Positions 50,501 to 61,472 of a stretch of 64,000 bases of DNA are shown here, one piece after another. The notes beneath the pieces are model-generated. The model ran no database searches. It was not told where the DNA came from and saw only the letters and a program-made list of their open reading frames with translations. The stretch's first letter is position 1; each line of letters starts with the position of its first letter. Position numbers and translations under genes: made by a program. The stretch is from Isurus oxyrinchus (lineage: Eukaryota), in NCBI GenBank assembly GCA_026770705.1, contig JANJGN010000052.1:3162001-3226000 (forward strand), written 5' to 3'.

Positions 50501-53500
50501 TCCCTATTCTAAATAACTGAACCCACAATGTATTTACCCAATTCCGTATCAGTGGCTGGTGCCTTTATATCATTATAAAAACACAACATGGTGATCAGCG
50601 GTGGCCAAACATTCAGGCAGCAAGATTCAGTACAGGTATGACGTGGTGAACAACCTTAGATCGAGCTAGATGACATGAGTCATGCTTCGACGCTTTGGTC
50701 AGACCACAACAGAGACACAGCATCAGAGAGGGTTGAAATCACAGTGTACTGACTGCTCAGGAAACCTTTGAAGACACAGTGATGGGAAAGAGCTCAAGTA
50801 AAGAGCTGGGGAGCAGACGGATCCCTCATGGTGAGAACTGCTAGATACGACCAAAGCCTATAGCATTGAAGAGCTACTCAAGGATGGACATAAATACGAA
50901 GTGATCCTCGCAGGTCAACGAAGATTACAGGTCCTCAGTACAACATCAATTGTTGACACACTCACTAGAACATCCAAACCTAGTGAGAAGTGTGGAAGGT
51001 GTGGCCTTCTGCAGGCACCAAGGAAATGCCCAGCTTTCCACCAATCCTGCAAGGCTTGTGGCAGAAAGGGCCATTGACAGCGGCAGGGCACTAGAGCAAA
51101 GGCTCATGCAGCTACAAAGAGCCGTGCGCTGATCCAAACAGACCCTACACAACGGGGAACCTTCAAGCAATAAGAATGACCATCCACTATCCCATCAGGA
51201 ACATATACATGTGGTGACTGACAAACCAGGAAATGGCGATGATGTACACGGTGAGACGAGGAGTGGTGATCGATATTCCACCTCTCACACATATCCTGAC
51301 GTGGCTTGCCAATAAATTGTGGATTGTTGTCTTTAAAGATCTCTCTGGGCACATCAAATAAACTGAAAATGTCCCATAGGGGTGGGATTTTCTGGCCCCA
51401 CCCACTGCCAGGATTGTCCGGTCCGGCCGAAAGCCAATGTTTGTCCAATCTCCCACGGCAGGGCCCATCATGACTGTGCCGGAAAACCCCAGCCTAGAGT
51501 TTGTGCAGCACTTGTGCTCAACGTATTGTACAATTGTTGAACAATTTCAAACCTTTTACACCATCAATCTCACGGAGAACAGATGCTGTCACATCACCCG
51601 CACTATTGGCCAAGATTCCAATTTTCTGCCCTGAGAAAGTTGCAACCTCCCCTTTATTGACCAAGATTGACACAGGGGCAAGTGCCAACATTCCCCTCCC
51701 ACAGCCCACCCCAGCAAATTTTCAAAGACATGTATCCAAGGACATGGGAGTCCATGGGAAAACCTACTGCTGTGTACAACACTTCACCAACTCCATGTGC
51801 AGAATCCATAGTCCTGGGGTGCAAGTACAATCAATCCTCCTGGGTGTCACAGATGTTCTACATCGTGGAGACTAAAGGCTGAGCAATTGCAAGTCTACCG
51901 GCATGCGGTGACCTCACCCTAGAGACAATCCATGGAATCTGTCAGACCTCACATGGGTCAAACTCAGAAACTACCCCAGCAACTCAGTTCATGGACATAA
52001 CATTGAAATATGCAGAAAGTTTCAACAGTATTGTCAGTTTCAAGGGAGCTGCAACATTACACCTGCAGGAGAATGCAAGTCTGTCAATTGATCCAGTACA
52101 TTTAGCACAAGAGAAATGCCAGCAGCTACAAGAGGGAACAGTGAAAAATTCGGCAGGAACTGTGGAAATATCATTGAAAGGGTGGCCTGATTCAACTTGA
52201 CCTCATCGAGATAAGCGAGGTATCTCCCAGGGAGTCTTTTTTAATGGCAGGCAGGGCATCATACCGGCACATTTGTGATCCTATATTCTTCAACAACTTC
52301 ATCCCTCACACATGGGCACAGATCACACAAGGAGACTCACAAGAGATACAGTCCCTGGCCGGGTATGAACAATGACCTTGAAGTTGTTGTAGGGAAGTTC
52401 GAGGCTTGTCAAGAGGATGAGCCAAGTCAACACAAAGAACCACTGATTCCACAGGAAATTCCTGCCTATTCTTAGTCCAAAATCACATCTGAATCCTTTC
52501 ATGTCCATGTCACTGACTTCATCGTCATCGTCGACAGCTTTACCAGATATCCCGTTATTCAAAAATAGCACAACACACCGAGCACAACTGGTGCACACAC
52601 TCTAAGCACGATTTTCAGATTATTTGGTGAACCTAGGGACATGATTACAGATAATCTGGAATATCAATCACACTACTTCTTCTCCTCATTACCCCAGATC
52701 TAACAGCCTAGCTGAATGAATGATTCACACAGTGAAATCCCTAATTCTCAAATGTAGACAGGCCAAGCAAGATCCACACATTGCAATGTTACATCTGAGA
52801 TCGACACCTACAACTGCAACTTTGTTAAATTCATTCATGGGATGTGGGAGTCACTGGCGAGGCCAGGATTTATTACCCATCCCTAATGTAAGAGTCAACC
52901 ACATTGACGTGGAGTCTGGAGTCACATGTCGGCCAGACAATTTTGTTCCCTACAGGGCACTGGTGAACCAGGTGGGATTTCCAACAATGGTTTTGTGGTC
53001 ATCACTAGACTTTGAATTTCATATTTTTATTAAATTCAAATTCCATCATCTATTATGGCCGGATTTGAACCCATATCCTCAGGACATTACCCTGGGTCTC
53101 TGAATTACTCATCCAGCAACAATACCACTACACCATCACCTCACCTTATTCCATCACTGACAGAGATCATGTTTGGTGTGCCAGTAGTGACCAATTTCGC
53201 TACTCTTACCCATTCTACTCTCTCAGAAACCAGAGGGCAGCTTTTAAAACTACAAGAGAAGATAAGGAATGTTCATGATAAAAATGGAGGTGCAGAGTTG
53301 CCAAGTTTAGAGTTGGGACAAGTTCACATCCAGGATCCCACAGAAGGTTCATGACCACCAGCCGAGGTGACAAGGATTTGTTCAGAACCAAGGGCCTATG
53401 GAGTCAAACACACAAGGGCACAGCGGTGAGGCGGAACCGAGGATAAATCAGATCCATTCCCGCTCCTATTCCATCGAGGAGAAGATCCCACATGAAATCA

Positions 53501-54712
53501 GGAACAACATCCAAGGGTGACAATCCCACAGACCACTGTGAGCAGTTAAAGACACCTCCAGACAAGGTAACCAGCACAAGATCTGGGTGGACCAGAAGGT
53601 TAAATCCACACTTTAGAGAGTCAAATATTCAACAGTTCCATGCACTTATGTAATTGTCAATAAATATGAACATGATATGAGAAACCGCTTGTTCCCTATC
53701 CTTCTCAAAGATCCATTCCTGCAGCGGGAGCCTGAAGTGTTACTGATAAGAGATTTAATTTATCGGATTGTGGAATGATCCGGAACTGAAGGAAGCCATT
53801 TGGCCCATCGAGCCTGTGCTGGGCCTTTGAAAGATCTGTCCAATTAGTGCCACTCTCACCTCTGCTCTCTCCCCCACAGCCCTGCAAAATGTCCCCTTCA
53901 AGTATTTATCCAGTTCCCCTTCTGAAAGTTCCTGTTGAATCTGCTTCCACCGCCCTTTCAGGCAGTGAGTCAATGGTCTCTCTCTGAGCTGCAAAGTGAT
54001 AAGTTTCAATGAAATATAAACTCTGCAGCAGATCAGAAACAATCATGATAACTCAGAATATTTGACAGTTTTACATACAGACAGCTTTGCCTCCCTTCTC
54101 TCTATCAGTTATCTTGCTATCTTATCGAATTTTCTAGCATGGTGAGAATGGACAGGAAGTGTGACGCTGAACTGCCTGTCTAATCTAAGAGCTTCTGTGT
54201 TGTCTTCATGGGAAATTCTGATGAAAATCAGCAAGAGAGAAAAATTTCAGGGCATTGATATCGGAGTGCTTGCATCAGGATAGACTTCATCCCCCAGTTT
54301 TTATCCCTGCTTCTCTATTCAGCCGATCGCTCCCCTGTCACTCACTGACCTACACTGGCTCCCAGTCCAGCAATGCCTCAATTTTCAAAATCTCTTCATT
54401 GATTCCTTATCCCTCCATTCTCCATCTCTAATCCCTATCACTGTCACCTCCTCCAGCCCTGAAACCCTTTGAGGTCTCTGCTGTCCTGCAGTTCTGCTGT
54501 CAGACAGGGAGTCAGTGTATATCAGTGAGCACAGGGGTGATGGGTGAATGGGACGTGGTGTGAGTTTGTACACTGACTCACTGCTGAATCAGTTCCCTAT
54601 CAGAGCTCCATAAGAATGTTCTTTTACAAAGACTATTAGCCATAAGTCTGTCCAAGCTGACGATGTTATTACCTTGGAGAAGTGACAGGAGGAAGTAAGA
54701 TTTCCCAACCAT
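38400..54712 (-). CDS. Gene C: Siglec-like receptor SP-V-V-C2-C2-TM-short tail, about 497 aa (alternative signal exon 56864-56903)
   Basis: join(54673-54712,48092-48460,43708-44073,42683-42979,40244-40525,38400-38539); phases compatible, 1494 nt. Confidence 0.75.
40244..40525 (-). CDS. Gene C C2-type Ig exon
   Basis: 282 nt; APRNLSI..IICSVESSPASNLMW..DTGEYQCVAENEHG. Confidence 0.88.
41308..41372. repeat. Fold-back of two Penelope-like termini (25-bp inverted arms)
   Basis: gttgatgtttcgagtcctcatgacc ... ggtcatgaggactcgaaacgtcaac. Confidence 0.75.
42208..42360 (-). pseudogene. 5'-truncated C2 pseudo-exon in gene C
   Basis: Only HLNITMNRTSSNNELWLVIP..DTGDYQCVAENEHG..ITVE remains; in-frame TGA immediately upstream, 5' half and acceptor replaced by unrelated sequence. 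Confidence 0.8.
42683..42979 (-). CDS. Gene C first C2 exon (near-identical to 21749-22045)
   Basis: 297 nt; FTDKPTIFPAEII..VSCTFNTTCNG..TLSCRVRYP. Confidence 0.9.
43708..44073 (-). CDS. Gene C V-set exon 2 (Arg retained, extra Cys)
   Basis: 366 nt; AEPSQEW..YPLCLEN..YFFRIEFDSGNRYSY. Confidence 0.9.
48092..48460 (-). CDS. Gene C V-set exon 1 (N-terminal; Arg replaced by Thr)
   Basis: 369 nt; VGLSQEW..GIWKMRRDKW..YFFTIKFG. Confidence 0.9.
49650..53620 (+). mobile_element. LTR-like repeat plus degenerate Gypsy-like element (PBS-like site about 50589, protease KIDTGASAN, integrase remnants) in gene C intron 1
   Basis: Aspartic protease motif DTGA; HPSHMG..WPGMNNDL, PHYP.SN..AE and QDPHIAMLHLRSTP integrase-like fragments; homologous to the gene B intron 1 insertion. 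Confidence 0.75.
54673..54712 (-). CDS. Gene C proximal signal-peptide exon (MVGKSYFLLSLLQ)
   Basis: 40 nt, G|gtaat donor. Confidence 0.8.
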
Positions 54713-55156
54713 TGTCCACTCCCAGATATGCCTTTAGCTTCTGACTCTTAAACTGTGAAAGAGAAAGGAGTTAATGAGACCTCACCTCTTGTCCGACAGC
54801 TCTCAAGAGATCAGAACTGCTTTTAGACAATGTCTTCACAGACTAATTTGGTTCTCTGTGGGATGATAGGTGCTCTGCAGAGAGTTAAAAAGCTGTAAAA
54901 AAATAAATCAGTGAAGGACTTGCATTTCTATAGCACCTTTCACCACCTCAGGATGTCCCAAAGCTCATGTCCCTGCTCTTCCCTCATCCTTTGAGCTAGA
55001 AAGATGTTCTGTACAACAGACCTGAGCCTCACACCCTGATCTTAATAATCAGTAGAAATCTTTCAAAGGCATCAATCATTGGAATCTGTCTTTATAAAGT
55101 CACAACATCAACAAAGGATGGTGTTGGTGGTGGAAGTGAATTCCAATCGTTCCGTT

Positions 55157-55302
55157 ACTTAACCAGGACCTGTCCGACTGCTCGCCTGGGGAGAAACTGC
55201 TCACACGCTCTGTTTGGGCTGAATGACCTCTTCCTGTGCTGCTCCCTCTGTGTGTTTAATTAGAAAGGGTGGATGTGTCACTGTGAGACAAAATGAGGAA
55301 GT
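55157..55302 (-). promoter_or_regulatory. Gene C proximal promoter copy; exon-1 donor mutated (gtaagt to ttaagt)
   Basis: Plus strand acttaaccagg versus acttacccag in the other copies. Confidence 0.5.
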
Positions 55303-55899
55303 TGGATCAAAGTGACAGAGCAGCTCCTGTTTTGAGATGCTGGTAAACTGTTAACCCTTTGTGTCCTGTCCCTGTGTTGATATTTCTGCTCACAGGTGGA
55401 CAGTCAATGACCAGGAGTTTCTCCTTTGGGTCAGTGGGTTTCACAGCCAAATTCAGGGGGTCAGAACGTTGTGGGGTTCAAGACCCGATTCAGGGGACGT
55501 CTGCCCCACACAGTAGACTGAAACTCCCCAGTGTCAGTACTGAGCAAGTGCTACACTGTTGGATGGTCATTACTGAGCGAGTGTTTCACTATTGTAAGGT
55601 CAGTACTGAGGGAGATCTCCACTGTTTGAGGGTCAGTACTGAGGGATTGCTGCACTGTCAGAGGGACATTAATCAGGGAGTGCTGCAATGTTGGAGGATC
55701 AGTACTGAGGGAGTGCTGCACTGTTGGAGGGTCAGTATTAAGGTGCTGATTTACAAGACAGGACAATGGATTAGGAGCCCTCAGAACTCCCCCCATTATC
55801 ACCGTCATGAATCACTAATTAGCCTAACATTCCTGTCTGCTCTTCAACACAGCTGATTGGTTAATCTGATTCAATCTGATTGGTGCACTTTGTATGTTC

Positions 55900-56076
55900 A
55901 TTGTCTAAGGAATCTCTTTGGATCCTCATTGTCTGAGGAATCTCTTTGGATCCTCATTGTCTAAGGAATCTTTTTGGATCCTCATTGACTAAGGAATCTC
56001 TTTGGATCCTCATTGTCTATGGAATCTCTTTGGATCCTCATTGTCTAAGGAATCTCTTTGGATCCTCATTGTCTAA
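55900..56076. repeat. 28-bp tandem repeat, about 6 copies
   Basis: aggaatctctttggatcctcattgtcta. Confidence 0.9.
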
Positions 56077-56863
56077 GGGATTATTTCTGATCCAAACCCC
56101 ATATTGTTGTATTGTTGATTCCGATGCAGCATTGTAGACTGACTTGTCCCCAAGCTCAGCACTGACCCTACTCCAGCAGACACTGTGAAACACACTAACA
56201 AAGTGCCTCTAGCCTGAGCTCTGCATGTGTCGAGAGAAAGACAAATATGCAAACTGAATATTGACACCTTTACACACGGACAGCTTTACCTTCCTTCTCT
56301 CTTTCAGTTATCTTGCTCCCTTATTGAAGTATCTAGCAAGGTGAGAATGGACAGGAAGTGTGACACTGAACAGCCTGTCTATTCTAGGAGCTGCTGAGTT
56401 GTCTTCATGGGAAATTCTGATTAAAATCAGGAAAAGACACAAATTTCATTCCTTTGCTATCAGAGTCCAAGCATCAGGATAGACTTCATCCCCCAGTATT
56501 TATCACTGTTTCTCGACTCAACACCTCACACCCTCTGCCACTCGCTGACCTGCACTGGCTCCCAGTCCAGCAGAGCCTCGAGTTTAAGACTCTCATCCTC
56601 AATTTCCATTCCCTCCATTCCTCTTCTCCAATCACTTTCTCCTCCAACCATGCAAACCTCAAAGTCCTCTGCTCTCCTCCAATTCTGCTGTCAGACAGGG
56701 AGTCAGTGTATATCAGTGAGCACAGGGGTGATGGGTGAATGGGACTTGGTGTGAGATTGTACACTGGCTCACTGCTGAATCTGTTCCCAATCAGAGCTCA
56801 ATAAGAATTATGTTTTACAAAGGTGATTAGCCATAAATCTATCCGAGCTGACAATGATATTAC

Positions 56864-56903
56864 CTTGGAGAAGTGACAGGAGGAAGTAATATTTCCTGAT
56901 CAT
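56864..56903 (-). CDS. Extra distal signal-peptide exon (MIRKYYFLLSLLQ) with no V exon of its own
   Basis: Intact ATG and G|gtaat donor; next V exon downstream is 48092-48460. Confidence 0.65.
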
Positions 56904-57340
56904 TGTCCACTCCCAGGTATTTCATTGGTTCTCAAGCTGTGAAAGAGAAATGAGTTAACGAGACCTCACCTCTTGTCCGACACCTCTCGAGAGATCGGAA
57001 CTGCTTTTAGACAATGTCTTCACAGACTAATTTCATTCTCTGTGGGATGATAGTTGCTCTGCAGAGAGTTATAAGGCTTTAAGAAAGTAAAACAATGAAG
57101 GACTTGCATTTCTATATCACCTTTTACCTGCTCAGGACACCCCAAAGCTCATGTCCCTGCACTTCCCTCATCCCTTGAGCTAGAAAGATGTTCTGTACAA
57201 CAGACTTGAGCCTCACACCCAGATCTCAATAATCAGTAGAAATCTTTCAAAGGCATCAATCATTGGAATCTGTCTTTATAAAGTCACAACATCAACAAAG
57301 GACAGTGTTGGTCGTGGAAGTGAATTCCAATCGTTCCGTT

Positions 57341-57487
57341 ACTTACCCAGGACCTGTCCGACTGCTCGCCTGGGGAGGAACTGCCCACACGCTCTGCTTG
57401 GGCTGAATGACCTCTTCCTGTGCTGCTCCCTCTGTGTGTTTAATGAGAAAGGGTTGATGTGTCACTGTGAGACAAAATGAGGAAGTG
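57341..57487 (-). promoter_or_regulatory. Distal promoter copy with intact exon-1 donor and AAATGAGGAAGTG
   Basis: Paralogous block. Confidence 0.5.
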
Positions 57488-57594
57488 GTTAGTACCAAGT
57501 TAGAAAGCAACTCTTTGCCTCACACAGTTAGAAAACTGTTAACCCTTTGCGTGCCAAGAATGTGGCTGAAGGGCCATCGACTGTTCACATGCAA

Positions 57595-58355
57595 CAAGCT
57601 CGAGGTGGTTGAACGGGCCTCCTCCTGTTCCTGTGTAACAGACTTGAGGGGCTGAATGGACCTCCTCCTGTTCCTGTGTAACAGGCTCGAGGGGCTGAAT
57701 GGGCCTCCTCCTGTTCCTGTGTAACAGGCTCGAGGGGCTGAATGGGCCTCCTCCTGTTCCTGTGTAACAGGCTCGAGGGACTGAATGGGCCTCCTCCTGT
57801 TCCTGTAAAACTGCCTCGAGGGACTGAATGAACCTCCTCCTCCGTTTCTTGTGTAAGAGGCTTGAGGGGCTGTTTGGGCCCCCTCATGTTCTTATATAAG
57901 ATGCTCGTGTGGCTGAATGAGACTTCTTCTGTTCCTATGTAACTGACTTGAGGGGCTTAATGGACCTCCTCCTGTTCCTGTTCATCAAGCTCATGGGGCT
58001 GAAATGACCTCCTTCCGTTCTGGTGTTAGAGGCTTGAAGTTATAAATGGGCCTCCTCCTGTTGCTGTGTAACAGGCTCGAGGGGCTGAATGGGCATCCTC
58101 CTGTTACTGTGTAACAGGCTCGAGGGGCTGAATGGGCTTCCTCCTGTTGCTGTGTAACAGGCTCGAGGGGCTGAATGGGCCTCCTCCTGTTCCTGTATAA
58201 CAGGCTTGAGGGGCTGAATGGCCTCCTCCTGTTCCTGTGTAATAGGCTCGAGGGGCTGAATGGCCTCCTCCTGTTCCTGTGTAACAGGCTCGAGGAGGGT
58301 GAATGGCCTCCTCCTGTTCCTGTGTAACAGGGTCGCGGGGCTGAATGTCCTCCTC
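57595..58355. repeat. About 43-bp minisatellite derived from a CR1 3' end
   Basis: ctcgaggggctgaatgggcctcctcctgttcctgtgtaacagg; compare the CR1 tail near 24062 (ggctcgaggggccgaatggcctgctcctg). Confidence 0.85.
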
Positions 58356-58364
58356 TCATTAAAA

Positions 58365-58577
58365 ATAAATACTGCAGATGTTGTAAATCTTCAATAAAAA
58401 CAGAAAATGCTGCATTAACTCAGCAGGTCTGGCAGCAGCTGTGGAGAGAGAAACAGAGTTTTTGCTTATAGACTCTGAAGAAGGGTCATACGGACTCGAA
58501 ATGTTAATTCTGTTTATCTCTGCACAGATGCTGCCAGACCGACTCAGTTTCTCCAGCATTTTCTGTTTTTATTTCAG
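58365..58577. mobile_element. Fold-back Penelope-derived element with hammerhead-like core at 58475-58505
   Basis: Inverted arms aaaacagaaaatgctg..cagcattttctgtttt; CTGAAGA-agggtc-atacg-gactc-GAAA. Confidence 0.65.
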
Positions 58578-59693
58578 GTGCTCTCTTGTTCCTGTGTAGC
58601 AGGTTCGAGGAGGCTGAATGGCCTCCTCCTGTTCCTATTCAATGGGCAGTCAAGGTATGCGTCTGATTTTGGACCTCAAACCCAATTCTGTCCTCAGGAC
58701 ATTGACAGATGGAGAGACCAGTTACAGATCAATGCAGGAGGATTATTTATTTTCCCAATCTTTTGTCCAAGAATGTCATCAAACATAGAGCAGAACCAGG
58801 ATCAAGGATGTTGGTCTCTGTAATCTGTAACACATCGCACAGTCCACCCATCCACTCAGCCTTCAGAATGGATGCTTATTGTACTCTCCAAGTGTGAAAG
58901 ACTAAAATTGATGGTTTATTGCAGCTATATCTCATTCTGTTATCAAAGCTGTCTCATCCATCCATGACATATTGAAGAAGGTAAACCTGCAACCAATTTT
59001 TCACATCATAATTTCCTATGTTCATTGGCAACATCAATGTAAACATGTCACGCTGAAATGATGTCCTGCCACCAGTGGTGGCACTGTAGCACATCTGTTA
59101 TCCTCTGAGCTGCAGAGAACTTCTCAAATCTCCAAACAAATTGTTTCCCTGTTTCCCAGATTGCTGTTAGTTTTGCTGTTTAACGATGAAGTGTAAAATC
59201 CAAATATATATCTGAAAATACATTTGATTACAAAATGCTGAGTAAATTTTGCCAATCTCCTCTGCTCCAATTATCCACCGATCCTGCATTTCCTGAAGTC
59301 TACACTGGCTGATGAATATTCTGTAAACACTGACAGACAGGAAGGTGAATAACAGAATGAAAATTAACTCATAATCATGGACACGGGATTGAATTTGTCC
59401 GTTCTGTCCTGGTACATCATCGAACGATATCTAAAGACATTTACAATCAGAATGGAGAGAAGGATGTTTCCAACAGGGAGGGACAATTCTGAAGGAGGAT
59501 GTTCAAATTGAAACCCACAGACAATCATCCTGGATAGATCATTCCGAAGAAATTCCATCAGATTGTAACAAGAGGTTTAAATCTATTTCCTGGGAGTGAG
59601 TTCCTGTGGATATTAGGAAGGTAAATTGGAGTTTTGAATGATTCTCCCATTCTGTATTCTCCCCACACTGTGTGTGTCTCATTCTTGCTCAGT

Positions 59694-59810
59694 TTATAAA
59701 TTCCCATAAACAGAATCCTCAGCAAATTCACAGTTTGCGTAAAGATCATCATCTGTATCAGGATTGACTCCGCGGTTAGATTTCATTTCCAGATCCTTCT
59801 CATCTTTCTT
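59694..59810 (-). CDS. Gene D terminal cytoplasmic exon (KKDEKDLEMKSNRGVNPDTDDDLYANCEFAEDSVYGNL*)
   Basis: tctattacag acceptor, phase 0, 117 nt to TAA; two Tyr motifs; not in the ORF track. Confidence 0.7.
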   Translation of the reverse strand, partial: KKDEKDLEMKSNRGVNPDTDDDLYANCEFAEDSVYGNL

Positions 59811-59904
59811 CTGTAATAGAAACAGAAATGATCAGAGTGACAATCAGAGTGATCAGTGTTTAGTATTATTGATCCAAATCGAAAATTCCACCCACAACAG
59901 ATAC

Positions 59905-60890
59905 ATTAATTATTGATACTGAACAGGGTTTGATTATTGATACTGAACGTGGTTTGATTATTGATACTGAACGGAGTTTGATTATTGATACTGAACGGGG
60001 TTTGATTATTGATTCTGAACGGGGTTTGATTATTGATACTGAACGAGGTTTGATTATTGATTCTGAACGGGGTTTGATTATTGATTCTGAACGGGGTTTG
60101 TTTATTGATTCTGAACAGGGTTTGATTATTGATTTTGAACGGGGTTTGATTATTGATACTGATCGGGGTTTGATTATTGATTCTGAACGGGGTTTGATTA
60201 TTAATTCTGAACGGGGTTTGATTATTGATACTGAACGGGGTTTGATTATTGATACTGAACGGGGTTTGATTATTGATTCTGAACGGGGTTTGATTATTGA
60301 TACTGAACGGGGTTTGATTATTGATTCTGAACTGGGTTTGATTATTGATACTGAATGGGGTTTGATTATTGATTCTGAACGGAGTTTGATTATTGATACT
60401 GAACGGGGTTTGATTATTGATTCTGAACGGAGTTTGATTATTGATACTGAACGGGGTTTGATTATTGATACTGATCGGGGTTTGATTATTGATACTGAAC
60501 GGTGTTTGATTATTGATACTGATCGGGGTTTGATTATTGATACTGATCGGGGTTTGATTATTGATACTGAATGGGGTTTGATTATTGATATTGAACGGGG
60601 TTTGATTATTGATACTGAACGGGGTGTGATTATTCATTCTGAATGGGGTTTGATTATTGATATTGAACGGGGTTTGATTATTGATACTGAACGGGGTTTG
60701 ATTATTGATTCTGAACGGGGTTTGATTATTGATACTGAACGGGGTTTGATTATTGATTCTGAACGGGGTTTGATTATTGATACTGAACGGGGTTTGATTA
60801 TTGATTCTGAACGGGGTTTGATTATTGATACTGAACGGGGTTTGATTATTGATACTGATCGGGGTTTGATTATTGATTCTGAACGGTGTT
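59905..60890. repeat. 24-bp minisatellite, about 41 copies, in gene D intron
   Basis: ttgattattgat(a/t)ctgaacggggt. Confidence 0.95.
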
Positions 60891-61019
60891 GGGTGTGAGT
60901 TTGGTTGGGTTTGGGAGTGACTGTATAAAACATTGCAGATACAGGACTGGAGCAGCCATATCAATAACCAGGCTACTGGAGCAGCTGAGAGGCTGGGGAT
61001 CCTGTGGTGTGTGACTCAC

Positions 61020-61124
61020 CTGATTCCTCAAAGCCCAACCACGCTCACAGTTTTCATAAACAGGACCTCGATATTCATCAACACGGTGGTTTGATTTGAT
61101 TCCTGCTTTCCTCTCGCCTCTCTT
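61020..61124 (-). CDS. Gene D cytoplasmic exon (KRGERKAGIKSNHRVDEYRGPVYENCERGWALRNQ)
   Basis: tctattacag acceptor, CAG|gtgagt donor, 105 nt phase 0-0; paralogous to 59694-59810. Confidence 0.68.
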
Positions 61125-61472
61125 CTGTAATAGAGATGGAAATGGACAGAGTGACTATCAACATGATGTGTATTCGGTGTTGGGTTTGATTATTGGGGAG
61201 AGAGTTCCAGATTTCCACTTCCCTTTGTGTGAAGAAGTGCTTCCTGACATCACCCCTGAACGGCCTGGCTCCAATCTGAAGTTCCGGCCCCCTTGTTCTG
61301 GACTCCACCCGACACCCACCACCCACCCCCACCCGAGGGAATAGCTTCTCTCTATCGACCCTATCGAGTGTTTAATCAGTTTGAACCGTTCAATTAGATC
61401 CCTTCTTAATCTTCTAGACCCGAGGGAATATAATCGTAGACTGTGTGTAACCTGTCTGCATAATTTAACCAG

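Noticed and set aside
59906-60964. 352-aa and 322-aa ORFs, or a CRISPR-like array
   Set aside because: Pure 24-bp tandem repeat without unique spacers, in a vertebrate intron; open frames follow from unit length
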